NCBI GenBank assembly: GCA_001782035.1
Contig: MFNL01000001.1
Span: forward strand, 212,648-276,647
Length of the DNA stretch: 64,000 bases
Source: Candidatus Levybacteria bacterium RIFCSPHIGHO2_01_FULL_37_17
GTDB lineage: Bacteria > Patescibacteriota > Microgenomatia > Levybacterales > UBA12049
Direction of reading: 5' to 3'
The position numbers were made by a program, and so were the translations under genes. Of the stretch, positions 1 through 8,975 are shown piece after piece; positions within the stretch are counted from its first letter, which is position 1, and every line of letters begins with the position of its first letter. The notes beneath the pieces were generated by a model, which made no database searches, had not been told where the DNA came from, and saw only the letters and a program-made list of their open reading frames with translations.

Positions 1-2
1 GA

Positions 3-195
3 TTTTGGCAGAGCGGCTGGGAAAACGGATTCGATAATTACAACCAATTTATGCAAGGCTTAGAAAGAGGACTTGGAATTGTAGACGCTGCAAAAAATAC
101 ATGGACAGGAAGGATTGCTACTTCTTATGGGTTTGAATTAAGAAGAGACTCAATAGTGATTGATGATGACATGGTAAAGCTTGTTTTTCATAGAT
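3..195 (+). CDS. 3' end of an unidentified upstream gene (partial at window edge, about 64 codons)
   Basis: Frame 3 is open from the window edge to TGA at 193-195 (..GWENGFDNYNQFMQGLERGLGIVDAAKNTWTGRIATSYGFELRRD..). It is not S10 or any ribosomal protein I recognise. Confidence 0.3.
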
Positions 196-214
196 GATTC
201 CTTCTTACTCCCCT

Positions 215-243
215 TGCATTTAGGTTCAAGCTTCTATATAATT
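215..243 (+). promoter_or_regulatory. putative sigma70-like promoter TTGCAT-17-TATAAT ahead of the ribosomal-protein cluster
   Basis: TTGCAT sits at 215-220 and TATAAT at 238-243 with a 17-nt spacer. This was judged by eye only. Confidence 0.3.
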
Positions 244-322
244 ACAAGTACAAAATGGCTAAACAAACGGAGGTGATTTTAGCTACATAGGGTAATTTTC
301 GCTACTTTTTTTGTAAGTAAAA

Positions 323-353
323 GCGGCTCTGTGTGGCCGCCTTTTTTGTGTTT
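323..353 (+). terminator. intrinsic-terminator-like hairpin GCGGC-N8-GCCGC followed by a T-run
   Basis: The stem is 323-327/336-340 and is followed by CTTTTTTGTGTTT, with an A-tract 5' of the stem. It lies between the putative promoter and the rplC ATG at 363. Confidence 0.5.
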
Positions 354-362
354 AGAGATACT

Positions 363-1283
363 ATGCAAGTTTCAACATTAATTGGAAGAAAAGTAAATCA
401 AACGAGCGGATTTCTGCAGAACGGGAAAAGAGTTCCTTTAACTGTAGTAAATGTTATGGGAAATGTAATAACCCAGCTTAAAACAACGGACAAAGAAGGA
501 TACAGCGCAATTCAAGTAGGACTAGACATTAAGAAAAAGCCGGGCAAAAGAGATTTAAATAGAGCAAAACAAGCGGGGCTAGAAAAAGCACCCCGCTTTT
601 TTAAAGAGATAAGAATGGACGATATCGAAGGAGCGGAGCTTGGAACTTCAATCGATATAGCAACAGTTTTTGCCCCGGGAGATATCATAGATGTGACGGG
701 AACGTCTAAGGGAAAAGGGTGGGCAGGTGGAGTGAAAAGACATGGATTTCACGGTGGACCTCGAACTCATGGACAATCAGACAGGGAAAGAGCCCCTGGA
801 TCTATTGGACAAACTACAACCCCAGGGAGAGTTTATAAAGGTAAAAGAATGGCAGGACGAATGGGAACCGACACAGTAACGGTTAAGAATTTAGAAATTA
901 TAGAAATTACAGCAGATGGAGTACTTTTAATAAAAGGTCTGGTGCCAGGAAATTTAAACGGATACTTAACAATTAAAAAGGTAGGAGAAAATAAAAAATT
1001 CGTGCCTTTATATAAAGAGAATACGGAAGAGGATAGTGGAATCGCCAGTGAAAGCTCGCCAGTTTCAGAGGACGCTTCGCAAACTAATGCGGATGAGCAA
1101 AGTTCAGAACCCGCTCAGCTAAGCGAGAGCAAGCCTTCAGACCCAAACGATAATCAAAAAATTAAACCTGAGTCCGCTCTCGATTCCTCTGAAAACGTTC
1201 AAACTTCCCCTACCGCTTCCACAGAACCTGAACAAGCTAAAGAAGAAGCTAAAAAGGAGGTAGTACAAGATGCCAAGAGCTAA
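363..1283 (+). CDS. rplC: 50S ribosomal protein L3 with a roughly 95-aa acidic Ser/Pro/Glu-rich C-terminal extension
   Basis: L3 core motifs are visible (GRKVNQTSGF.., ..GKGWAGGVKRHGFHGGPRTHGQS..). The ORF-track start at 333 falls inside the hairpin, so ATG 363 (MQVSTLIG) was chosen. Confidence 0.9.
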   Translation: MQVSTLIGRKVNQTSGFLQNGKRVPLTVVNVMGNVITQLKTTDKEGYSAIQVGLDIKKKPGKRDLNRAKQAGLEKAPRFFKEIRMDDIEGAELGTSIDIATVFAPGDIIDVTGTSKGKGWAGGVKRHGFHGGPRTHGQSDRERAPGSIGQTTTPGRVYKGKRMAGRMGTDTVTVKNLEIIEITADGVLLIKGLVPGNLNGYLTIKKVGENKKFVPLYKENTEEDSGIASESSPVSEDASQTNADEQSSEPAQLSESKPSDPNDNQKIKPESALDSSENVQTSPTASTEPEQAKEEAKKEVVQDAKS

Positions 1284-2004
1284 AGTTGAACTTAAAACAA
1301 CAAAACCAGCAAAGCCCAAAGTTGTTGCAAAAAAAGCTTCCAAAAAAGAATTACCAAAACAAGCAGGGCTTAAGCTTTCTGTTTATTCAGCAACGGGAAG
1401 AGTTTTAGAAAGCATCACTCTTCCAAAAGAGATTTTCGGACTTCCGGAAAATAAACAATTGCTTACACAAGCTGTAAGGGTTTATTTAGCAAATCAAAGG
1501 GCAGGAACAGCGAAGTCTAAAAGTAGAGGAGAAGTAAACATATCAACAAGAAAAATTTACAGACAAAAAGGAACAGGCAGAGCAAGACATGGAGCCGCAT
1601 CTGCGCCTATTTTTGTCGGAGGAGGAGTCGCTTTTGGACCTAAGCCAAGAGACTATTCTTTAAAACTCCCCCAAGCCTTAAAAAGAAAGGCCTTATTTAC
1701 GGCACTTTCATCAAAACTAAAAGAGGGACAAATAAAAATAGTAGCAGGGCTTGAGAAAATTGAACCAAAGACCAAAAATATGGCGCAAACCTTTTCAAAG
1801 CTTGATGGAAATAACAAAAAATTGCTGCTTGTTACACCGCCTTATTCCGAAAAATATGTAAACGTTGTAAAAGCGGCTAGAAATATCGAAGGTGTAGAGA
1901 TTAGGCCATCAAATTTAATAAACACTTACGAAGTTTTAAAATCAAGTCAGCTTTTGTTTATGAAAGAAGCAGTAAGCTCACTGAAGGAGAATTTTATTAA
2001 ATGA
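1270..2004 (+). CDS. rplD: 50S ribosomal protein L4 with a Lys-rich N-terminal extension
   Basis: L4 motifs RQKGTGRARHGAASAPIFVGGGVAFGPKPRDY are present. The gene overlaps the rplC end, which is the classic operon order. Confidence 0.9.
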   Translation: MPRAKVELKTTKPAKPKVVAKKASKKELPKQAGLKLSVYSATGRVLESITLPKEIFGLPENKQLLTQAVRVYLANQRAGTAKSKSRGEVNISTRKIYRQKGTGRARHGAASAPIFVGGGVAFGPKPRDYSLKLPQALKRKALFTALSSKLKEGQIKIVAGLEKIEPKTKNMAQTFSKLDGNNKKLLLVTPPYSEKYVNVVKAARNIEGVEIRPSNLINTYEVLKSSQLLFMKEAVSSLKENFIK

Positions 2005-2300
2005 ATGCTCTAAATATAATTTTGCAGCCTATAATTTCGGAAAAATCATTAAACGATGTAGGGAAAAGCCGATTTACATTTAAAGTTGCGAAAGATGCGG
2101 ACAAAAATCAAATTAGAAAAGCAGTTGAGGATAAATTTAAGGTGAATGTTATAAATATCTCAACGATTAAGTTGCATGGTAAAGAAAAACAAATCCGAAC
2201 AAGAACAAGGGTTGCAAAAGTAGCAAATAAACCATTTAAAAAAGCAATAGTAACACTTAAAGAGGGACAAAAAATTGCAGTTTTTGAATCAGGGAAATAA
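2001..2300 (+). CDS. rplW: 50S ribosomal protein L23
   Basis: The product has L23-like sequence (..ISEKSL..FTFKV..) and sits between rplD and rplB. Confidence 0.85.
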   Translation: MNALNIILQPIISEKSLNDVGKSRFTFKVAKDADKNQIRKAVEDKFKVNVINISTIKLHGKEKQIRTRTRVAKVANKPFKKAIVTLKEGQKIAVFESGK

Positions 2301-2344
2301 ATTAATGATTAATATTCAACAGCTAATGGTTAAGATGAACAAAT

Positions 2345-3100
2345 ATGAATAAATTAAAAATTATAAAAAAGAAGCAATCCGGAAGAGACGCTGCAGGCAG
2401 AGTCGCGGTGAGACATCAAGGGGGAGAACAGAAAAGATTCGTGCGTTCTATTGATTTTAAAAGAGACAAAAAAAACATACTCGGGAAAATTATTTCTTTA
2501 GAATATGATCCGGGACGAACCGTAGATATAGCACTTGTTCAATATAGCGACGGCGAGAAAAGATATATATTATCACCGGAAGGATTAAAGTTAAATGATA
2601 GGGTAATAGCGGCAGACAGTGGAGCCGAAATAAAAACAGGCAATGCAATGCCACTTTCTGAAATGCCCATAGGGACGGTAGTTCATAATGTAGAACTTTA
2701 TCCTGGTAGGGGAGGTCAAATCGCAAGAGGAGCAGGGGCACAAGCCGTTATTGCTGCAAAAGAAGGCGGTTATATACACTTAAAGCTTCCCAGCGGAGAA
2801 GTACGAAAAATTCTGCAAAAATCTATGGCAACAATCGGAGCTTTGGGTAATGCTGATTTAAAAAACAGAGTATTTGGAAAAGCGGGAACAAAAAGGCTAA
2901 TGGGAATAAGGCCAACAGTTAGAGGAGTCGCACAAAATCCAAGGAGTCATCCTCACGGAGGAGGAGAAGGCAGATCAGGAATTGGCATGAGTCTTCCTAA
3001 GACATTTGCCGGAAGAGCAGCTGTTGGCAATACAAGAAGGCCTAAAAAATATTCAAATAAATATATTTTGCAAAAAAGAAAGAAAGGAAAACATAGCTAA
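2345..3100 (+). CDS. rplB: 50S ribosomal protein L2, N-terminally short
   Basis: L2 motifs are visible: [44 protein letters not shown], and the [10 protein letters not shown] His-containing loop. Confidence 0.9.
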   Translation: MNKLKIIKKKQSGRDAAGRVAVRHQGGEQKRFVRSIDFKRDKKNILGKIISLEYDPGRTVDIALVQYSDGEKRYILSPEGLKLNDRVIAADSGAEIKTGNAMPLSEMPIGTVVHNVELYPGRGGQIARGAGAQAVIAAKEGGYIHLKLPSGEVRKILQKSMATIGALGNADLKNRVFGKAGTKRLMGIRPTVRGVAQNPRSHPHGGGEGRSGIGMSLPKTFAGRAAVGNTRRPKKYSNKYILQKRKKGKHS

Positions 3101-3384
3101 TGGCAAGAAGTTCTAAAAAAGGTCCGTTTATAGACCCGAAATTAGTTAAAAAAGTTAATTTACAAAAACAAAACGGTGATAAGTCGGCGATAAAAACATG
3201 GAAAAGATCCTGCCAAATTCCGCCGGAATTTGTCGGACATACTTTTGCCGTACATAACGGAAGAAATTTTATAAATGTTTTTGTGGTTGAAGGAATGGTT
3301 GGACACAGGCTTGGTGAATTTGCACCAACTCGAACTTTTAGAACTCACGGAAGAGTTGTAGCAAGGGAGATATCAAAGACATAA
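3100..3384 (+). CDS. rpsS: 30S ribosomal protein S19
   Basis: The sequence [34 protein letters not shown] matches S19. Confidence 0.9.
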   Translation: MARSSKKGPFIDPKLVKKVNLQKQNGDKSAIKTWKRSCQIPPEFVGHTFAVHNGRNFINVFVVEGMVGHRLGEFAPTRTFRTHGRVVAREISKT

Positions 3385-3385
3385 T

Positions 3386-3793
3386 ATGGAAATTATTGCA
3401 GTATCAAAATCAGTTAGAATTGCGCCTAGAAAAATAAGGCTTATCGCAGATTCGATAAGGAAACAGACATTGGAAGATGCGCTAGTTTCTCTTCCCCTTT
3501 TAAATAAAAGAGGAGCTTCGACGCTTAATAAAACCTTGAAAAGCGCAATAGCTAATGCAAAAAACAATCATAACATACATAAAGATGTGCTTTTTATAAA
3601 ATCAATTGAAATAAATGAGGCGCCTTTTTATAAAAGGTTTAGACCATCAACACGCGGACGGGTACACCCTTATAAAAGAAGAGGAACACATATCAAGATT
3701 GTTTTAGCGGATAATAAATCCGAAAAATCAAATTCGAAGCCAGAAATAAAAGAACAAATTCGAAATCCAAAAATTGAAAAGGAGACTAAATAA
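3386..3793 (+). CDS. rplV: 50S ribosomal protein L22 with a Lys-rich C-terminal tail
   Basis: The L22 fold sequence (ISPRK.R..A..IRG..) is present and the gene holds the expected operon position. Confidence 0.85.
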   Translation: MEIIAVSKSVRIAPRKIRLIADSIRKQTLEDALVSLPLLNKRGASTLNKTLKSAIANAKNNHNIHKDVLFIKSIEINEAPFYKRFRPSTRGRVHPYKRRGTHIKIVLADNKSEKSNSKPEIKEQIRNPKIEKETK

Positions 3794-3795
3794 CA

Positions 3796-4437
3796 ATGGG
3801 ACAAAAAATTAATCCAAAAATTTTAAGATTGGGTGTAGGTGTTAATTGGTCAAGCCGCTGGTTTGATGACGTTAAATATAAGGATACGCTTTTGGAGGAT
3901 TATCATATTCGCAAGGCATTAATGGATAGGTTAAAAAATGCCGGTATTGCTGAAATTGATATTGAAAGAAGTATAAACAGTATAAAAATAACTGCATACG
4001 TTTCTAAACCGGGTATGGTAATAGGGCGTGGCGGTACAGGTCTTGAGGAATTAAAAAAATTCTTGACCAACCTACTTAAAAAAAGTGGCAAGAGTCAATA
4101 CAAAATTGATACCTTGGTCGAGCCGATAAAAGACCCAAATTTAAATGCGTATCTTGTTGCAAGAAATATATCAGACCAGCTTATCAGAAGACTTCCTGCA
4201 AAAAGGGTTATTAAATCGGCTGCCGAGCGGGTTATGGGCAGTGGAGCAAAGGGAGTAAGAATAGTTTTATCCGGCAGAATCGGCGGAGCGGAAATCGGAA
4301 GAAGAGAAAAGCTACAGCAAGGGACCGTTCCTTTGTCAACCATTAGAGAAAACATAGATTATGCATCTGCCCCTTCCCTAACAAAAAAAGGATATATCGG
4401 TGTAAAAGTTTGGATACACAAAGGAGAGGAGCAATAA
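3796..4437 (+). CDS. rpsC: 30S ribosomal protein S3
   Basis: The product has a KH domain and the S3 C-terminal motifs (MGQKINP.., ..[12 protein letters not shown]..). Confidence 0.9.
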   Translation: MGQKINPKILRLGVGVNWSSRWFDDVKYKDTLLEDYHIRKALMDRLKNAGIAEIDIERSINSIKITAYVSKPGMVIGRGGTGLEELKKFLTNLLKKSGKSQYKIDTLVEPIKDPNLNAYLVARNISDQLIRRLPAKRVIKSAAERVMGSGAKGVRIVLSGRIGGAEIGRREKLQQGTVPLSTIRENIDYASAPSLTKKGYIGVKVWIHKGEEQ

Positions 4438-4847
4438 TGTTGGTACCAAGAAGAGCAAAATACAGAAAACAAATGAGGGGAAAAATGAAAGGCGACTCTC
4501 ATAGAGGCACAACTGTTTCTTTTGGGGACTTTGGCTTAATGAGCGAGGATACAGCTTGGGTATCATCGCGGCAAATAGAAGCTGCAAGACGAGCAATAAC
4601 TCATTATACCCAAAGAGGAGGACGTGTTTGGATTAGGATTTTTCCGGACAAACCGATAACCAAAAAACCCGCAGAAACCAGAATGGGAAGCGGAAAAGGA
4701 GATGTGGCTGGATTCGTGGCAGTGGTAAAACCCGGAAGAATTTTGTTTGAAATGGGCGGAACGACAAAAGAAATTGCAATTGAAGCGCTGCGCCTTGCAG
4801 GGCATAAATTAAATGTAAAAACAAAAGTAGTTGAAAAAGAAAGCTAA
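4437..4847 (+). CDS. rplP: 50S ribosomal protein L16
   Basis: The protein starts [15 protein letters not shown] and is preceded by the RBS GGAGAGGAG. The ORF-track start at 4410 is a spurious extension. Confidence 0.9.
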   Translation: MLVPRRAKYRKQMRGKMKGDSHRGTTVSFGDFGLMSEDTAWVSSRQIEAARRAITHYTQRGGRVWIRIFPDKPITKKPAETRMGSGKGDVAGFVAVVKPGRILFEMGGTTKEIAIEALRLAGHKLNVKTKVVEKES

Positions 4848-5083
4848 TGAAAAATAAAGATAAAAAAGACTTATTTACAAAAAGCGAAATCGAGTTATCG
4901 AAGTTGTTAAAAGACGCAAGAGATAATTTATTTAACTTAAGGCTTGATTTATCTCAAAATAAGTTAAAAAATACAAAATCCGTATTTTTGAAAAGAAAAG
5001 AAATTTCGTTAATTCTTACAGCTTTAAGAGAAAAAGAGCTTGAAAATGCACGCTCGACTGACGTTCGTGGCAAGAAAGAGTAA
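4847..5083 (+). CDS. rpmC: 50S ribosomal protein L29
   Basis: A short helical protein lies in the L16-S17 slot (..LRLDLSQNKLKNT..). Confidence 0.75.
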   Translation: MKNKDKKDLFTKSEIELSKLLKDARDNLFNLRLDLSQNKLKNTKSVFLKRKEISLILTALREKELENARSTDVRGKKE

Positions 5084-5085
5084 AT

Positions 5086-5319
5086 ATGCAAAAAAAACTT
5101 GAAGGAAATATTGTTTCGTTAAAAATGGCAAATACAGCAGTAGTTGAGATAACAAGAAAGGTTGCCCATCCGCTTTATAAAAAACTGATGAAAAGAAGTA
5201 AAAAATTTAAAGCAGATACTGCAGGTTTAAATCTTGAGGTGGGACAGAAAGTCAAAATAGGCGCAATTAAAAAAATGTCAAAAGATAAATATTTTAAGGT
5301 TCTGGAGGTTATAAAATGA
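5086..5319 (+). CDS. rpsQ: 30S ribosomal protein S17
   Basis: The sequence G.VVS.KM..T.VV.I.R...HPLYKK is S17-like. Confidence 0.85.
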   Translation: MQKKLEGNIVSLKMANTAVVEITRKVAHPLYKKLMKRSKKFKADTAGLNLEVGQKVKIGAIKKMSKDKYFKVLEVIK

Positions 5320-5690
5320 TTCAGCATAGAACAATGCTTATAGTTGCAGATAATTCAGGAGCAAGAAAATTGCAGGTTATCCATGTTTTGGGGGGACATA
5401 AAAGAAAGTTTGGATTTTTAGGAGATGTCTTGAATTGTGTTGTGAAAGAAGCAACTCCGACAGGGCAAGTTAAACAAAGTGAAATCGTAAAAGTGGTTTT
5501 GGTAAGAAGTAGAAAAGAACATAGAAGGCCGGATGGTTCTTACATAAGATTTTCGGATAACGCAGGAGTATTAATAGATAACCTAAAAGATAAAAATCCA
5601 AGAGGGACTAGAATTTTTGGGCCAATAGCCCGAGAGATTAGAGATAGAGGTTATGCAAAAATAGCAAGCATGGCAATAGAGGTAGTTTAA
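5316..5690 (+). CDS. rplN: 50S ribosomal protein L14
   Basis: The sequence [17 protein letters not shown] and the ..DN.GV.I.. motif match L14. Confidence 0.9.
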   Translation: MIQHRTMLIVADNSGARKLQVIHVLGGHKRKFGFLGDVLNCVVKEATPTGQVKQSEIVKVVLVRSRKEHRRPDGSYIRFSDNAGVLIDNLKDKNPRGTRIFGPIAREIRDRGYAKIASMAIEVV

Positions 5691-5691
5691 T

Positions 5692-5997
5692 ATGAAACTA
5701 AAAAAAGGTGACAATGTAAAAGTGATAAAAGGAAAAGATAAGGGGAAAAGCGGTAAAGTTGAAAAAGTTTTTCCAAAAGCTAAAAAAGTTCTCGTTGAGA
5801 ATGTAAACATGTTTAAAAGACACTTAAAAGCAAGAAACCAGAATCAGCCTTCTGAGATTGTTAATTTAACCAAACCAATACATGAGGCAAGTGTGGATTT
5901 TATCTGTCCAAAATGTTCAAAAGCATCACGAATAGGATACAAAATTGAAAAAGGCAAGAAAAGTAGAATTTGTACAAATTGTAAATCGGAGGTTTAA
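5692..5997 (+). CDS. rplX: 50S ribosomal protein L24 with a C-terminal CxxC..CxxC zinc-ribbon-like tail
   Basis: The KOW motif KKGDNVKVIKGKDKGKSGKV is present and the C-terminus reads ..CPKCSKASRIGYKIEKGKKSRICTNCKSEV. Confidence 0.85.
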   Translation: MKLKKGDNVKVIKGKDKGKSGKVEKVFPKAKKVLVENVNMFKRHLKARNQNQPSEIVNLTKPIHEASVDFICPKCSKASRIGYKIEKGKKSRICTNCKSEV

Positions 5998-5998
5998 A

Positions 5999-6538
5999 AT
6001 GAATACGTTGCAGCAAAATTATATCGAAAATATTTCTAAAAAATTAAAACAAGACTTGGGAATCAAAAATATAAATATGGTTCCAAAGCTTTCAAAAATA
6101 GTCATAAACATGGGAGTAAAAAATGCTTTGGCGGACAAAAAAAATATAGAAAAAGCAATGGAAATTTTAGCAGTTATTTCTGGACAAAAACCGGCTGTGA
6201 AAAAAGCCAAGAAATCAATTTCAACATTTAAGTTGCGTGAAGGCGACCCCATTGGTGTTGCGGTAACGCTTAGGGGAAAAAGAATGTACGATTTTTATCA
6301 AAAACTTACTTCAATAGTTTTTCCGAGATTGCGGGATTTTCATGGGGTAAAAGTAAATAGTTTTGATGGAAAAGGAAATTATACAATTGGTTTCGCAGAA
6401 AGTACCGTATTTCCTGAGATTGACCCAAGTAAAATAGATATACAGCAGGGTTTGGAAATTTCAATTGTAACAACAGCGGGGGATGATAAGCACGGAAAGG
6501 AGCTTTTGGCAGCACTAGGCATGCCATTTGTTAAATAA
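5999..6538 (+). CDS. rplE: 50S ribosomal protein L5
   Basis: ATG 5999 follows a GGAGG RBS. The sequence [18 protein letters not shown] is L5-like. Confidence 0.9.
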   Translation: MNTLQQNYIENISKKLKQDLGIKNINMVPKLSKIVINMGVKNALADKKNIEKAMEILAVISGQKPAVKKAKKSISTFKLREGDPIGVAVTLRGKRMYDFYQKLTSIVFPRLRDFHGVKVNSFDGKGNYTIGFAESTVFPEIDPSKIDIQQGLEISIVTTAGDDKHGKELLAALGMPFVK

Positions 6539-6540
6539 GT

Positions 6541-6726
6541 ATGGCTAAAACGTCTGACATAGTTAAATTTAGGAAAAAACAAAAGTTTTCCACAAGAAAC
6601 AAAAACAGATGCAATATCTGCGGAAGATCGCGTGGATATATGCGAAAGTTTGGGATTTGCAGAATTTGTTTTAGAGAGCTTGCACAGAAGGGAGAGTTAC
6701 CGGGGGTAGTCAAGGCCAGCTGGTAA
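6541..6726 (+). CDS. rpsZ: 30S ribosomal protein S14, zinc-binding type Z (61 aa)
   Basis: The sequence [24 protein letters not shown] is the canonical short S14 form. Confidence 0.9.
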   Translation: MAKTSDIVKFRKKQKFSTRNKNRCNICGRSRGYMRKFGICRICFRELAQKGELPGVVKASW

Positions 6727-6741
6727 TTGTTTAAAATCATT

Positions 6742-7134
6742 ATGAATCATTTAGTTTCGGATTTAATAATTAGAATAAAAAATAGCGCAATCGCAAAAAG
6801 AAAAGAAGTCTTACTGCCGTATTCAAAGGTAAATAAAGAAATAGGGAAAATTTTGGTTAAAGAAGGATTTTTGGAAGACTTAAAGGATGATGCGTCAACA
6901 GGAAGAAAGAGCTTGAGGGCGACAATAAAATATGAAAGAAGAATACCGGTTCTAACAGATGTGGAAATAATTTCCAAACCTTCTTTGAGAATTTATGGAA
7001 ATATTAAAAAAATAAATGAAATAAAAAAACGAGGCAAAAGAAGAGTAATAATATCAACGAGCAAAGGAATAATGACTTCCGAAGATGCAGAAAAGAAAGG
7101 AATAGGTGGCGAAATTCTTTTCGCAATTTGGTAA
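6742..7134 (+). CDS. rpsH: 30S ribosomal protein S8
   Basis: The sequence MNHLVSDLIIRIKNS..STSKGIMT..GGEILF matches S8. The ORF-track TTG at 6727 is an alternative start. Confidence 0.9.
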   Translation: MNHLVSDLIIRIKNSAIAKRKEVLLPYSKVNKEIGKILVKEGFLEDLKDDASTGRKSLRATIKYERRIPVLTDVEIISKPSLRIYGNIKKINEIKKRGKRRVIISTSKGIMTSEDAEKKGIGGEILFAIW

Positions 7135-7136
7135 AT

Positions 7137-7697
7137 ATGTCAAAGATTGCAAAAAAACCAATTATCATTAAAGAGGGGGTAATAATAACAACTACTGGTT
7201 CAACCATTACAGTTGCAGGACCCAAGGGAAGCCTTTCTTTTAATATCCCAAAGGGTGTTATAGCTGCAATTGAAGAAGGGAAAATTATGGTTAAAGCTAA
7301 AAGTAGCGATAAAGATTTAAAACCAATGCTTGGCTTAACCAGAGCAACGCTTGCTAATTTAGTAATTGGAGTTACAGACGGTTTTGAAAAAAAGCTTGAG
7401 CTAACCGGTGTTGGGTACAGAGCGCAGGCAGCTTCTGACAGCCTTACCCTTTCCGTTGGTTTTTCACATCCTGTTATAGTGAAAGCCCTACCCGGTATTA
7501 CTTTTAAAGTTGAGGAGAATATAATAACGATATTGGGTGCGGATAAAACCGTAGTTGGAGACACAGCCGCAAAAATTAGAAACATAAGACCGCCCGAACC
7601 CTACAAAGGCAAAGGGATAAAATATGTTGGAGAGCATATAAGAAGAAAAGTAGGTAAGGCAGCTAAAGCTTTAGCCGGTACAGGAGGGGCTAAATAA
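7137..7697 (+). CDS. rplF: 50S ribosomal protein L6
   Basis: The sequence MSKIAKKPI..GVGYRA.. shows the two-domain L6 pattern. Confidence 0.9.
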   Translation: MSKIAKKPIIIKEGVIITTTGSTITVAGPKGSLSFNIPKGVIAAIEEGKIMVKAKSSDKDLKPMLGLTRATLANLVIGVTDGFEKKLELTGVGYRAQAASDSLTLSVGFSHPVIVKALPGITFKVEENIITILGADKTVVGDTAAKIRNIRPPEPYKGKGIKYVGEHIRRKVGKAAKALAGTGGAK

Positions 7698-8026
7698 TGA
7701 AAAACAACGCGAGAGCAAAAAGAGTCAGAGTAAAAACAAAAGGAAGTGGTATCTCACCAAGGCTTTCGGTTTTTAGGTCTAATAAATTTGTTTATGCCCA
7801 ACTTATAAATGATGATAAGGGCGAAACGATCGTCTCTGCTAGTGAAAAAGAATTAAAAGCAGAAGGTAAAAAAGAGGAAAGAGCCAAAGCGTTGGGCGCC
7901 CTTATTGCGAAAAAAGCACTCGCAAAAAAAATATCAAGCGTTGTTTTTGACAGAGGCTCATATAAATATCATGGAAGAGTAAAACAAGTGGCGGAGGGGG
8001 CAAGAGAGGGGGGGCTTAAATTCTAA
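7697..8026 (+). CDS. rplR: 50S ribosomal protein L18
   Basis: The sequence RLSVFRSNK..YAQ.I.D and the C-terminal YHGRV match L18. Confidence 0.85.
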   Translation: MKNNARAKRVRVKTKGSGISPRLSVFRSNKFVYAQLINDDKGETIVSASEKELKAEGKKEERAKALGALIAKKALAKKISSVVFDRGSYKYHGRVKQVAEGAREGGLKF

Positions 8027-8526
8027 TGAACAGAAATATAAAAAATTTCGAAATGCAAAAGCGGGAAGACGGTTTTGAAGAGCGTATTGTACAAGTAAAC
8101 AGAGTTTCTAAAAAGACCCAGGGAGGAAACAAAATAGGCTTTAGTGTTCTTATGGTAGTTGGAGATAAAAACGGAAAAGTAGGAGTAGGACTTGGCAAAG
8201 GAGCAGATGTATCTCTTGCTATTAAAAAGGGAGTTGCTTTAGCAAAAAAACATGCTATTGCGGTGCCTATTGTAAATGGAACGATACCTTTTGAATTCTA
8301 TATAAAGCTAGGCGCAGCTAAAATTCTACTTAAGCCGGCTCCCAAAGGAAGCGGAGTAATCGCAGGAGGCGCTGTAAGAAGCGTAGTTTCTCTGGCAGGG
8401 ATTGAAAATATTTCATCAAAGGTTTTAGGAACGGACAACCAGGCAAGTAATGTATACGCAACGATAGAGGCTCTGAAAAGATTGGCAGTAAGACATAAGA
8501 GAGAGCTGGAAAGGAGAAATAAATGA
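8026..8526 (+). CDS. rpsE: 30S ribosomal protein S5
   Basis: The sequence ..RVSKKTQGG..F..L.VVGD.NG.VG.G.GKA.. matches the S5 dsRBD and C-terminal domain. Confidence 0.9.
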   Translation: MNRNIKNFEMQKREDGFEERIVQVNRVSKKTQGGNKIGFSVLMVVGDKNGKVGVGLGKGADVSLAIKKGVALAKKHAIAVPIVNGTIPFEFYIKLGAAKILLKPAPKGSGVIAGGAVRSVVSLAGIENISSKVLGTDNQASNVYATIEALKRLAVRHKRELERRNK

Positions 8527-8972
8527 ATTTAAATTCTTTAAGCAAGATCAAAAAAAGGGGCAAAAAAAGGCTTGGACAAGGACACGGCAGCGGAAGAGTA
8601 AAAACCGCAGGACGGGGAACTAAAGGACAGAACTCAAGAGGAAAAATTGCCTTAAGTTTTGAGGGAGGAGCACTCCCCTTGATAAAGAGACTTCCATTAA
8701 GAAGAGGCAAAGGGGAAAACAAGGCATTTAAAAAAGAACCGATTATTGTTAATATTAAACTGCTTGAGATTTTAAAAGATAAAACAGAAGTCGATTTAAA
8801 AACACTTGTCAAAGAACGTATAGTAAACGAGAAAGACGCTATTGAATACGGAATTAAAATTTTGGGGGACGGAAAAATTTCAAAGGCTTTAATTATTAAA
8901 CTTCCTATTTCAAAACAAGCAGCAAAAAAAATCGAAAAAGCAGGCGGCAGAATCGAATCTAGTCCCAAATAA
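8523..8972 (+). CDS. rplO: 50S ribosomal protein L15
   Basis: The Gly/Arg-rich N-terminus (GHGSGRVKTAGRGTKGQNSRG) matches L15. The gene directly overlaps the rpsE stop, so no rpmD lies between them. Confidence 0.85.
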   Translation: MNLNSLSKIKKRGKKRLGQGHGSGRVKTAGRGTKGQNSRGKIALSFEGGALPLIKRLPLRRGKGENKAFKKEPIIVNIKLLEILKDKTEVDLKTLVKERIVNEKDAIEYGIKILGDGKISKALIIKLPISKQAAKKIEKAGGRIESSPK

Positions 8973-8975
8973 TAA

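Noticed and set aside
333-362. ORF-track start of rplC at 333 (MAAFFVFRDT..)
   Set aside because: The ATG at 333 lies inside the terminator-like hairpin and the extra residues do not match L3. ATG 363 was used instead.
1137-1343. 68-aa minus-strand ORF overlapping the rplC/rplD junction
   Set aside because: It is antisense to two conserved r-protein genes. Its low-complexity hydrophobic translation is typical of a shadow ORF.
7004-7585. 193-aa minus-strand ORF
   Set aside because: It lies entirely antisense to rplF/rpsH and has no motifs. The sense-strand genes are unambiguous.
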